From the NCBI GenBank assembly GCA_038998585.1, contig JAVZGQ010000002.1:6625-70624 (forward strand): a stretch of 64,000 bases of DNA. The letters are read 5' to 3'. Of this stretch, positions 53,269 through 62,224 are shown piece by piece; within the stretch, counting starts at the first letter, position 1, and each line of letters begins with the position of its first letter. Source of the stretch: Candidatus Aenigmatarchaeota archaeon. GTDB lineage: Archaea; Aenigmatarchaeota; Aenigmatarchaeia; CG10238-14; SCSR01. The translations under genes and the position numbers were made by a program. The notes under the pieces were generated by a model. It ran no database searches. It worked only from the letters and a program-made list of their open reading frames with translations, and was not told the DNA's origin.

Positions 53269-54147
53269 CTAACTTTTAACAGATGAAACCAAATAAGTAA
53301 TTGTTCCTGAGAATGGAAATCCAAATTCTTGTGTTGTTATATAGACCGTAAATTTACCTCCTCTTGTACCAACTTCCATGTTTTTATATATTGTCGGCAT
53401 TTGTAATTCTTCTGGTTTTGGTATAAGTGTTTCAGGAGGTTCGTTTTTTACATCACCATATGCTGTTATGGAATCTCTACGAATGGCTAATACCCTGTCA
53501 ACACCTTGCTGTCTTAAGTAATGAATTATGCTATAGTCGTTTAAGGGTGTATCTTTTATAACTACTATACCGCCCACATCTTCGCCTGGTCTGGTCTCAA
53601 CAATTAAATGCGATATTTCCACTTTTTGTGGCTTGTCTAAGTCTATATTAACGGGATAATAGTCTCCACAAATCCTGAGTCTAGTATCTGTTATAATCTC
53701 TCTTACACAATCCTCAGATCTTTCACACTCAACTGTGAATGAGTCACCCTGTGAATTTTTGTTTTTACAACCTATGGGATAACAAAGTTTAAATTTTTTA
53801 TAATCTCCAGTCATCTCATCATAATAGGAATCTTCTTTACAAGTACAGCCAACGGCCTCTCCGGAAGGCTTGTAATCTGAACAAAATTTTTCAAAACAAT
53901 TGACCTTTTTTCCATCTTCTTCCCAGCTTAATTCTTGAACTTTCATACTCATACAACCATCCAAACATCTATGAATGGAACATAAAATGGCTTTCTCCAA
54001 ATCGTTTTGTTTGACTACTCCTAAATTTAAAAGAATTGAGTTATATAGAGTAGGGAAATATCTGAACAAAACAAAAAAAATTATGCCTAAGAAAATAACA
54101 GCACCAATGAAGAAAACCGCTTTCTCTCCTGTCACGCCTTTTTTCAT
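53269..54147 (-). CDS. prepilin-like protein with Cys-rich globular domain
   Basis: MKKG/VTGEKAVFFIGAVIFLGIIFFVLF. About 16 Cys in the first 150 mature residues. Confidence 0.55.
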   Translation of the reverse strand: MKKGVTGEKAVFFIGAVIFLGIIFFVLFRYFPTLYNSILLNLGVVKQNDLEKAILCSIHRCLDGCMSMKVQELSWEEDGKKVNCFEKFCSDYKPSGEAVGCTCKEDSYYDEMTGDYKKFKLCYPIGCKNKNSQGDSFTVECERSEDCVREIITDTRLRICGDYYPVNIDLDKPQKVEISHLIVETRPGEDVGGIVVIKDTPLNDYSIIHYLRQQGVDRVLAIRRDSITAYGDVKNEPPETLIPKPEELQMPTIYKNMEVGTRGGKFTVYITTQEFGFPFSGTITYLVSSVKS

Positions 54148-54175
54148 AATATAAAATTAGGTCTAAATAAATAAA

Positions 54176-54343
54176 TTAGCAAAACAAAAACATCTGTTTA
54201 CAAATAATTTCTTTGATTGATTTTAGTGAACTTGTGATGAAGTTCCCAAATTGTGGAACCAATTTCATAACAACTATTGTTAAGAGGGCTATTGCCACTA
54301 TCAATATAACAATGTTTATTATTTCCATTTCGAGGCCCTTCAT
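54176..54343 (-). CDS. 55-aa mini prepilin-like protein
   Basis: MKG/LEMEIINIVILIVAIALLTIVVM. Its start overlaps the stop of the preceding micro-ORF (TAATG). The longer track ORF to 54544 is judged an artefact. Confidence 0.5.
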   Translation of the reverse strand: MKGLEMEIINIVILIVAIALLTIVVMKLVPQFGNFITSSLKSIKEIICKQMFLFC

Positions 54344-54471
54344 TATAATCCTCTTATGATTAAATTTTCTATTATTCTTTTTGAAATTATAATATATAGA
54401 GCTATAGCAAGAACAATCAATAGCAAAATACCTAAAGTTAAAAGCACTTTGCTTATAGCTTTTTTGTTCAT
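54343..54471 (-). CDS. 42-aa single-TM micro-protein, prepilin-like N-terminus (not in ORF track)
   Basis: MNKKA/ISKVLLTLGILLLIVLAIALYIIISKRIIENLIIRGL, translated by hand. The ATG lies 2 nt after the platform-protein stop (54474-54476). Confidence 0.45.
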   Translation of the reverse strand: MNKKAISKVLLTLGILLLIVLAIALYIIISKRIIENLIIRGL

Positions 54472-54473
54472 AG

Positions 54474-56405
54474 TCATAACTCCGGTATTTGTATGAAAGC
54501 ATTAATGCCAAAATAGATGCCAAATACAATTGCAGAATAAACAAGAAGTGAAACTAATATAGTTTTGCCGATAGAAAATATTTTATTTATTTCGTCTTTT
54601 CCGTACTTCAGCTCCCCAAGAAATGTAGAAATAATTACAACTATTTCAACCATGTAACACCCTACTATGATTTGAAAAACATGAAATGGCACTTGTTTTC
54701 CTATATTTAGAAGGAAAGAAAATGATGACATGCTGATGCCTCCAAGACCACTTTTACTGAGGAATGCTTCTAATTCTAGAAAATTTTGTCCGAAAAGAGA
54801 GAAAACATAAATCACTATAGACATCAATCCAACAACCACACCAGCTGATAATGGTGCAAAAACCCAAGCCTGAATTTCCATGTCAGAAATTGTATCGGAA
54901 AGAATTTCTTCAGTCATCTTACTGACTTCAACTTCGTCCCTAAAGAAATTTGATACAGATTTTAAAGCCATAGACAAGAACATAGAACCTTTCTTTGATA
55001 CATCCACAATTAATCTCATCGTCATCTCAATAGTTTTTGATGGATAAAAATTTATTGCACCAATCTTTTCATCAAAAACTGCAGAATCGAAACTTTTTCC
55101 AAACATCTTTATATTCGAGATTATTTTTTTCAACATTTTACTTATTTTCAAAGTTTCTATTTTTGGTATAATTTCTTCTATGTTTTTTTCTATGGGTTTT
55201 CCTGTTGTAGATGTTATACTTAATTGGTAAATGACAGTCGGTAATTCATTTTCTACATCCAAAATTTCCTTATTTTCTTTCAGATATCTTAAAGTTGATA
55301 ATAGAGAATAGAGTGCTATTGAACTAGACAAAATAAATATAATCATATATGAATAAAGAAACTGTTCGAACGAAAAGATAGAAGTGTATATTGAGAGTTT
55401 ATAGACAAAAATTGGTAATAATATTATTGGTATTGCTGCTGATATCAACAAAAAATTTCTTTTGGATTTTTTATATCTCTCAATTTTAGAGACATCTACG
55501 TGATGGTAAGAGTAAGGTTTTGCATAAAAATATTGTTTAAGAAACATGTAGACAATGGAAGGTAAAAGAATTATGTAAGAAAAGGCGAGCAGTTCTGCTT
55601 TAGCTATTTCTGGGATGAAAATCACAATCAATGGGAAAAAGATCAAACCAAGCATTGGCATCAAAATACCAAAAGCATTCAAAATTCTAAGTGGTGTTTT
55701 AAGCAATAAGACATATTCTTTCATCCTTGCTTTCGTACCTTTGATCATGATCTTTACTGCTTCATCTATGTGTGATATCATTTTAGAATCTGGTTCATTG
55801 ATTGATGTCTTGAGAAGAGAAAGTGCATCAACAAACTCTTCACTTTCACTTCTCCATTTTTTTGCTATTTCGTCTATACCATGTGTAACTGAAATAATTT
55901 TACCCGTTTCTAAATCCCATAGAATTTTCTTAAAATCTAAACCAAGTGTGCCACTCAAATTTTGGGCTGTAAAAGCAACTGCAGTCTCAAGATTTGATTG
56001 AATTCTCATAGAAATTGCCATATAAATTATTGCTGATGTCATCTCTGTGGCTGCACTTGACCTGAAATATTTTACCAAAAAAGAGGTGTAGGTAAAAAGA
56101 TAGTAAGTGATCATGACAAAAAGCAAAAACGTTAGTAATATTATAGATTCAGAAAGAAGATTAAAAACAAAAAAAATCGAAATGAGAGAAAAGAAAATTA
56201 TAAAAGGTAAAAATATAGCTAGGGATAATATGCCATTAGGTGTAACTCTCAAATGACAAAAATTTATTTCATTTTGATATTTCTCTTTCAAATCTTTTGG
56301 AACCGGTATTTTTATTTTATCGAAAAAATTACAAAGTCTCTCATAAAGTGAAAGTCTTCTGTAAGCGTATTCTGACTCTAAAAATTTTCTATAGTCGCTT
56401 ATCAT
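54474..56405 (-). CDS. type IV pilus/archaellum-type polytopic platform protein (TadC/FlaJ/PilC-like)
   Basis: 643 aa with many TM helices separated by two cytoplasmic helical domains. There is a 4-nt overlap with the upstream secretion ATPase, the canonical gene order. Confidence 0.65.
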   Translation of the reverse strand: MISDYRKFLESEYAYRRLSLYERLCNFFDKIKIPVPKDLKEKYQNEINFCHLRVTPNGILSLAIFLPFIIFFSLISIFFVFNLLSESIILLTFLLFVMITYYLFTYTSFLVKYFRSSAATEMTSAIIYMAISMRIQSNLETAVAFTAQNLSGTLGLDFKKILWDLETGKIISVTHGIDEIAKKWRSESEEFVDALSLLKTSINEPDSKMISHIDEAVKIMIKGTKARMKEYVLLLKTPLRILNAFGILMPMLGLIFFPLIVIFIPEIAKAELLAFSYIILLPSIVYMFLKQYFYAKPYSYHHVDVSKIERYKKSKRNFLLISAAIPIILLPIFVYKLSIYTSIFSFEQFLYSYMIIFILSSSIALYSLLSTLRYLKENKEILDVENELPTVIYQLSITSTTGKPIEKNIEEIIPKIETLKISKMLKKIISNIKMFGKSFDSAVFDEKIGAINFYPSKTIEMTMRLIVDVSKKGSMFLSMALKSVSNFFRDEVEVSKMTEEILSDTISDMEIQAWVFAPLSAGVVVGLMSIVIYVFSLFGQNFLELEAFLSKSGLGGISMSSFSFLLNIGKQVPFHVFQIIVGCYMVEIVVIISTFLGELKYGKDEINKIFSIGKTILVSLLVYSAIVFGIYFGINAFIQIPEL

Positions 56406-58636
56406 TTAATTCTCTCCTTAAACCAATTCAACCATCTTTCATAAATCATTTTTGAATCCAAACCACCAACATCTTGCCTCACTTGTTCTGAAATTATATG
56501 AAAAGCCTCGTTGCATTCAATTACAAAAGCGGCCTCGAGGATGTCATCTCTGTTTAATTGAGTGGCAAAATCAAGTATTGTTTGCTTTATCTTAGCTCTC
56601 AATAAAATATTGTCCCAAACAGCATCCCAATTCCCTTTCCATTCTCTCACACGCTTGGCAATTTCATCTAAAACCTGGCTTTCACCATTTATCAAAACAT
56701 CTGTTGGTTTTAATCTATCTTCCTTTGCAGAATATTCCATTAATGTGACAAAACCTTCTTCATCCATAGGATCTTGCTTCCAATGTTTTCTAACTTCTGT
56801 AAGCTCTGTAACACGTCTAAATCTTCTTAAACTATCTGGTGTTTTGAGTAGATTACAAATTGTTATAACATCTAAAGCTTTAAAACTGGTTGATGGTACC
56901 TTTAAATCATTCACTATCCTATCATAAACACCATAAGCAGATTCACCATGAATGGTACCAGCAACAAGATTAGCTAAAGCCCCTATTCTCATAGCTTCAA
57001 AGAGAGCTGAAGCCTCTGTAGATCTTACTTCACCTATAATAAGAACAGAATCTCCAAGTCTCAAAGCAGTTCTCAGAGCCTCTTCAGCTGGAAGCTCTGA
57101 TTCGACTCTAGTTATTACAGACCTAGATTTAAGCCTCTCGATATTATAACCAAGATCTCTTAGCTGAATCGCTGGGAGCTCTAGTGTATCTTCGACAAGC
57201 ACAATTCTAAATTTCTTCATAACCTCGAGCATTATAGCTCCCAAAAGACTTGTCTTGCCCGAGCCTCGCCCTCCAGCAACAAGCAAGCTTCTTCCACCAT
57301 CAATAATAAAACTCATTAAACCTGCGTACAAAGAATCAAAAAAACCTGTCTTTATGAAAAGTGGGAAAGTCCATGGTTTTTCTCTATGCCTTCTAAAAGC
57401 ATAGCCTAAACCATAAGGAGATAAAGTCCTTGTTATTGCTGCGACTCTTGCTCTCCCACCAGGTACCAAAATTTCTGTGTCTAAAACTGGGTTAGCTTCA
57501 TCTAAAGGTCTTCCTGAGTAGAGTCTAAATCTTGTGGCCCAAGATTCTGCATCCTCTCTAGTTGGAAGCAAGTTGGTTTCACACTCCTCAAAATCAGCAT
57601 GGCTAATAAAAATTGGTGTAGATCCTGCTGGTGAATTTATGTAAACATCTTGAACTCTTTCATCCGCAAGCAGAACTTCAAGAATACCAAACCCGACTGT
57701 ATATCTTGAAAGTATGTCTGCCATTTCTTCAACTTCTTGGGGTGAGAGTTTAACTCCTCTACTCCTAGCTATATCTCTTATTAAATCTCTACCTATACCC
57801 ATAAAAATTTCTTTTGTCTTTTCAGGTTCGGTATATTCTCTTTCCGAAGGCCTATGCTCGGCAAGATATCTTCTAGCCAAATCTAATATCATATACTTTT
57901 CTTCACTCAAAGTGAATTCTGGAGGGATTATATGATAATAATATCTTATTTTCCCAGGGATTCTGAAAATTTCAACAGATGTTTTTCCTACAAAATATTT
58001 TTGAACCGGAATTCCGTCTCTTGGTGGTATAATCATATAACGCGTTAACATAAAGTTTGGCCTTATTAGGGGCCTAAAAACCTTTCTGTAAAAGCTCCTG
58101 TCCCCAAGTTTAAATTGATTAGGATTTGATTTGAAAATTTGAATCAAGCTGCATCTTGATAAGATATTTTCCATGGGTAGTAAAACCCTTTCCAAATATT
58201 CTATATGACAAAGCCTTTCTTGATTTTGTGATTTTTCTAACATTGTTTTTTCTTTAGAAATCATTTTTTGAAGCATCAAATAAGCTCCTACTGGATCTTT
58301 CCTCAAAACTTGAGTCACAAGAAACTGAAGCTCTGAAAATCTTTGTGAAAAAAATTTCTCACAATGTTTTGGGCCAAATTCACTTATAGATAAAAGCTTA
58401 TCTTCATTCAAAATCTTGTTATAGGCGTTTGCTATTTCCCTGAGAAGCTTAACTTGCCCATAATCATATTCCCTTTCTCTTGCTTCAACAATGATAATCC
58501 TTTCAACAGCTCTAGTCTCAAGTAAAATATCTATGACAACTGCCATGCAGGCCTCTGAATCTTCTATGCTAGGCTCTATGGCCCAATTAATAGCATTGAT
58601 TCTAACCGTATTTTCAACAACCTCATAGTCAACCAT
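56402..58636 (-). CDS. type II/IV secretion-family ATPase (FlaI/PilB/VirB11-like) with long N-terminal extension
   Basis: Walker A LVAGGRGSGKTSLLGAIM, Walker B-like RIVLVEDTLEL and SVLIIGEVRSTEA. 744 aa versus about 500-550 typical. Confidence 0.85.
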   Translation of the reverse strand: MVDYEVVENTVRINAINWAIEPSIEDSEACMAVVIDILLETRAVERIIIVEAREREYDYGQVKLLREIANAYNKILNEDKLLSISEFGPKHCEKFFSQRFSELQFLVTQVLRKDPVGAYLMLQKMISKEKTMLEKSQNQERLCHIEYLERVLLPMENILSRCSLIQIFKSNPNQFKLGDRSFYRKVFRPLIRPNFMLTRYMIIPPRDGIPVQKYFVGKTSVEIFRIPGKIRYYYHIIPPEFTLSEEKYMILDLARRYLAEHRPSEREYTEPEKTKEIFMGIGRDLIRDIARSRGVKLSPQEVEEMADILSRYTVGFGILEVLLADERVQDVYINSPAGSTPIFISHADFEECETNLLPTREDAESWATRFRLYSGRPLDEANPVLDTEILVPGGRARVAAITRTLSPYGLGYAFRRHREKPWTFPLFIKTGFFDSLYAGLMSFIIDGGRSLLVAGGRGSGKTSLLGAIMLEVMKKFRIVLVEDTLELPAIQLRDLGYNIERLKSRSVITRVESELPAEEALRTALRLGDSVLIIGEVRSTEASALFEAMRIGALANLVAGTIHGESAYGVYDRIVNDLKVPSTSFKALDVITICNLLKTPDSLRRFRRVTELTEVRKHWKQDPMDEEGFVTLMEYSAKEDRLKPTDVLINGESQVLDEIAKRVREWKGNWDAVWDNILLRAKIKQTILDFATQLNRDDILEAAFVIECNEAFHIISEQVRQDVGGLDSKMIYERWLNWFKERIK

Positions 58637-58665
58637 ACAATTAATTTATCTATTCTACAAAACAA

Positions 58666-59070
58666 ATGTTTATTGATAGTATGGTCACAAAAGAGGCTGG
58701 TATAGAGATTTTAATAAATGAAATAGTAAAGAGATTGAATGAATATAGTAGTAGAATAAAAAATGTGGAGCTGAGACTCGAAAGGATAGATGGTAGGGTA
58801 AGTAGTATAGAAGAGACCGTTTTAAATCAACTCACTAATTTGAAAGTTGGCCTGGATAAACTTTCCCAAAAAATTTCTTCCCTTACAGATAGATTGAATT
58901 CAATAGAAAATGAAATCTTAAGAATAAACAAAGAACTTGGCAAAGCTGCACTCAAAAGCGACATTAAAAAAATAGAGGCCTTCATAGATATCGTCAACCC
59001 TGTAACATCAAAATTTGTTACAAGAGACGAGTTGGAAAGGATCCTTGAAGAGAAGCCAAAAAGAGCATAA
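58666..59070 (+). CDS. coiled-coil protein (hypothetical)
   Basis: 134-aa ORF with continuous heptad-like repeats. Divergent from the ATPase gene with only about 29 bp between the annotated starts. Confidence 0.4.
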   Translation: MFIDSMVTKEAGIEILINEIVKRLNEYSSRIKNVELRLERIDGRVSSIEETVLNQLTNLKVGLDKLSQKISSLTDRLNSIENEILRINKELGKAALKSDIKKIEAFIDIVNPVTSKFVTRDELERILEEKPKRA

Positions 59071-59110
59071 ATTTGTATTTAAAAAACAGAAATAATAATA
59101 AGGGAGAACT

Positions 59111-59770
59111 ATGCCTTTACCATTTTTACATAAGCCGGAGCTTACAAAAAAAGGCGTGCCTGTTGAAAGAATAAAAGAACTTTCTTCAAAAGGATTTTCA
59201 GAAGTTGAGATAATTGATATACTTAGGAAAGAAGGCTACTCTCCAGAAGAAATCGACGCTGGTTTGACAGAGGTTTTGAAAGCTGGTGTTAGTGGCACAT
59301 CATCCGTAACAGAAAGTTCGCTAAAGTTGCCTAAGCTTCAAGAATTACAACCAAAACAAGCTGCAATAGAAGTTCCTGAAACTTCTTTACCTCAAGACTA
59401 TTCTTATTATACCACACCAACTTATGCTTCTCAACCATCACAAACATACACAACAGAAGAATATATAGATTTTATAGTTAGGGAAAGAACAGCTGAACTT
59501 AATGATAAATTGAAAGAATTTATGATAAAGTACTCTGAGCTGGAAAAAAGATTTATTGAGATATACGAACAGTTGAATGAGCTTACAAAATCTAAGACGA
59601 GTGGCGAGCAGTTGATCCTTACAAGATTGGAGGAGTTAAAAACTATTTTGAATGATTTGGAAACAAGAATATCCGGTCTGGAAAAAGCTTTCAAGGATGC
59701 TTTGCCCGCTTTAATAGAAAGTGTTAGGGCTTTGAGTGATGTTGTACAAAGGATGAAGAAACTTGTTTAA
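59111..59770 (+). CDS. hypothetical protein: small helical N-domain, Ser/Thr/Pro/Gln linker, C-terminal coiled coil
   Basis: 219-aa ORF with GGGAGAA upstream of the ATG. No family recognised. Confidence 0.4.
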   Translation: MPLPFLHKPELTKKGVPVERIKELSSKGFSEVEIIDILRKEGYSPEEIDAGLTEVLKAGVSGTSSVTESSLKLPKLQELQPKQAAIEVPETSLPQDYSYYTTPTYASQPSQTYTTEEYIDFIVRERTAELNDKLKEFMIKYSELEKRFIEIYEQLNELTKSKTSGEQLILTRLEELKTILNDLETRISGLEKAFKDALPALIESVRALSDVVQRMKKLV

Positions 59771-59808
59771 ACTTAAATTTTTCAGAAATCAAATAAAAAT
59801 TGAGAGAA

Positions 59809-60405
59809 ATGGGTAAAATCTTCAATTTTTCAATTGTCCTTATTATATTCCTGATAGCATTTTCTTTTTCAGTTCTAGCTCAAAATACTTTCCTTGATAT
59901 GATTCAAAGCTTTAGGGTTTCTGGTATTTTCGATGTTTTCCTTTTAATCCTCTTTTTTATTACTTTCTATGCAATCTTGACAAAATCAAAAATCCTTGGA
60001 GGCAATGCTGCAGTAAATGGCGTTATTGCCCTACTCATAGCTTTCTTTATTTCCATCTACCCTATTTTCACAGGATTCAGTCTCATAGAGCCTATGTCAA
60101 GGTTTTTCACTCAGGCAAGTATAATAGCAATTATGTTTATAGCTGCTCTTCTGATAGCAAGTGTCTTCTATCCTGATTTACCAAAAATGCTTGCAGAACA
60201 TATAAAAGGTCCAACACTTATTTATGTGTTAATTCCTTTGGTTTTAGCATTACTCATAACATCTAGAACAATTTGGGTTCTTTGGGCTGGATATAAACCT
60301 GCGCCGGGATTTGGATTTACCACTGATATAACGATCTTAGTGATTGGTTTATTAATTTTTAGTTTGATATTGATTTTTATAATGACGTCACTAAAACGGG
60401 GGTAA
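59809..60405 (+). CDS. membrane protein with signal peptide, LPF/KSKILG motif family
   Basis: Signal peptide ending VLA/QN. GIFDVFLLILFFITFYAILTKSKILGGNAAVNGVIALLIAFFIS. ATG 59809 is preferred over TTG 59800. Confidence 0.5.
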   Translation: MGKIFNFSIVLIIFLIAFSFSVLAQNTFLDMIQSFRVSGIFDVFLLILFFITFYAILTKSKILGGNAAVNGVIALLIAFFISIYPIFTGFSLIEPMSRFFTQASIIAIMFIAALLIASVFYPDLPKMLAEHIKGPTLIYVLIPLVLALLITSRTIWVLWAGYKPAPGFGFTTDITILVIGLLIFSLILIFIMTSLKRG

Positions 60406-60411
60406 GAAGAT

Positions 60412-60972
60412 ATGTTAAATCCATTTGAGTTTATGATATTGAAGTTGCAGCAACTTGGGTTTTTTACATTCTTATTGCCATTCATTCTTATGTCGGCAGT
60501 TCTTTACGGACTACTAAGAAAGTCTCAAATTTTTGGCCCACCAGAAAAGAATCTTGTAATAAATGCTATTATAGCAATAGTCGCAAGTTTTATGATCTTG
60601 GCAGCTCCTGTTATAACCGGAATAAACATAGAGCAACAGCTTGCCAAATTCTTCCTTCAAAGCATGATTGCGGTTATTATGTTAATTTTTGCTGTCTTAA
60701 TAGTAGGGGTATTCTTCGGGCCAGATTTGCCAGGTAAGATTCAAGAAAAACTTGGTGCAAAATATCTTGGTGGGTTGTTAGTTGCTGGTATTTTGATTGG
60801 CTTGACATTGATTGTAACAAGTGGGTTAACGAATGTGTTTTTCCCAGAAGGATTTAATGGTCTTATTAATGTTTCTGAAGATGTTGTGATTTCTATAGCA
60901 ACAATAGTAGTTCTTCTGATAATAGTTGGGGTAATAGTAATTTTTGTTAGTAAAGAGGAGAAGAAGAAATAA
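60412..60972 (+). CDS. membrane protein, tandem paralog of 59809-60405
   Basis: GFFTFLLPFILMSAVLYGLLRKSQIFGPPEKNLVINAIIAIVASFMI. Shares the segment F.Q..I..IM.I.A.LI..VF..PDLP with the upstream gene. Confidence 0.5.
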   Translation: MLNPFEFMILKLQQLGFFTFLLPFILMSAVLYGLLRKSQIFGPPEKNLVINAIIAIVASFMILAAPVITGINIEQQLAKFFLQSMIAVIMLIFAVLIVGVFFGPDLPGKIQEKLGAKYLGGLLVAGILIGLTLIVTSGLTNVFFPEGFNGLINVSEDVVISIATIVVLLIIVGVIVIFVSKEEKKK

Positions 60973-61720
60973 TATCAAGAAATTCTTTTTCAGTAAAATG
61001 AAGTGGACCTGGGATTATTAAAACCGCTGGCAATTCTATTTCTATTCTCATCAAATCTTTAATTTGCTCGAAGAAAATTTTTACTTCATCGCTTCCTGCC
61101 TTAGAAAAGGCAACTAGCCTATCATTTGAGCTTATAACACCATCTTTCTTCACTTCCTCAAGTCTTAATAAGATATTACACGCTTCTTTCACGCCCATAA
61201 ATTTTTTCTCATCAGTATCTATGTCTAAAAGACATAGAGTGTGTAATCCTCGAGATTTGTTCATCTTTATTGTTTCATAAATTGATTCTGGGAGATTGCC
61301 TTTTGTTTTCTCTGGTAGCGGAATTGTAACACATGGGCCAAACTTGTAAAGATGAAGACCTGTCTCAGCAATAGCAGAAACAATAGAAGAGTTGTGAATA
61401 ATCTTAGTTTTAATTCCTTTTTTTCTTGCCTCTAAGATTAATGTTGAGTGAGTTGTAGCAACTAAAGGATCACCACCGACAAAAATTGCTACATCTTTCT
61501 TTTCAGCCTCTTTTAAAATTTCCACAGAATTTTCTTCTAAATCTTTTCTCTCCAACACTTCTACCTCCTTACCTAAAATTTCCCCCAACTTCTTCATATC
61601 TCCGAGCCAAAGAGTTGTATAAAGTTCTATATAAACTTTGTCTGCCTTCTTACCCTCTTCTAGTCCTCTCAAACTCAGATCTCTTTCATCAAACAATCCC
61701 AAGCCTATTAGCGCAAGCAT
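60947..61720 (-). CDS. dph5: diphthine synthase
   Basis: MLALIGLGLFDERDLSLRGLEEGKKADKVYIELYT and FVGGDPLVATTH. Confidence 0.9.
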   Translation of the reverse strand: MLALIGLGLFDERDLSLRGLEEGKKADKVYIELYTTLWLGDMKKLGEILGKEVEVLERKDLEENSVEILKEAEKKDVAIFVGGDPLVATTHSTLILEARKKGIKTKIIHNSSIVSAIAETGLHLYKFGPCVTIPLPEKTKGNLPESIYETIKMNKSRGLHTLCLLDIDTDEKKFMGVKEACNILLRLEEVKKDGVISSNDRLVAFSKAGSDEVKIFFEQIKDLMRIEIELPAVLIIPGPLHFTEKEFLDIISSSPLY

Positions 61721-62224
61721 AATTCAATAATAGGCTGAAAGATATTTATGAAGTTTTTGTGGAAGAAGATGTCTGTCTAAGATAAGATCATGAAGAAAAC
61801 GAAGATATTTTACTCATTGAACCAAATCTTTGTGAATGAAAAATATAGAAAATTTTTTAAGAGCTTCTTGGCAATAGCTAAAGTTTATTTAAAGAAAAAT
61901 TTCATCGAAACCTGTAATTTGATTATAGTTCAATTTTTTGATTAGAAGAAAAAACCGAAAAACTTGTCTTACTTGATAGAGAGGTTGGTACAGGCACTTT
62001 AAACCAAGCTATTGGAAATAATTTCATCAAAGTAAATTCAGTTGAAAAATAAATTAAAATTGGATATATAGCAATGTCAGCAAATGATTGTATAACCGAT
62101 ATTTTGAATAGAGATGAGATTGTTGAAATTTTAAGAAGATCAACAGACCTTAATAAAATTGTTGAAAAAAATAGGCTTTTATCAAGATAATGAGATGATA
62201 ATTTAAATTAAGGTGAATGGTGAA

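Noticed and set aside
54344-54544. This is the N-terminal 67 codons of the 122-aa track ORF 54176-54544.
   Set aside because: They overlap the platform gene's 3' end and have Tyr/Ser/Asn-rich composition. The same DNA encodes a well-coupled 42-aa TM micro-ORF in another frame.
49983-58636. I considered that the ATPase, platform and pilin cluster is an archaellum.
   Set aside because: No FlaH (KaiC-like), FlaF/G or FlaC/D/E genes were recognised. The subunits are heterogeneous and Cys-rich rather than archaellin-like.
61721-62212. The 490-bp gap holds short ORFs (about 50, 38 and 10 aa) that could be small genes or a decayed gene.
   Set aside because: There are no SD-like sequences at appropriate spacing, no recognisable motifs, and the frames are mutually inconsistent. 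I left it unannotated.
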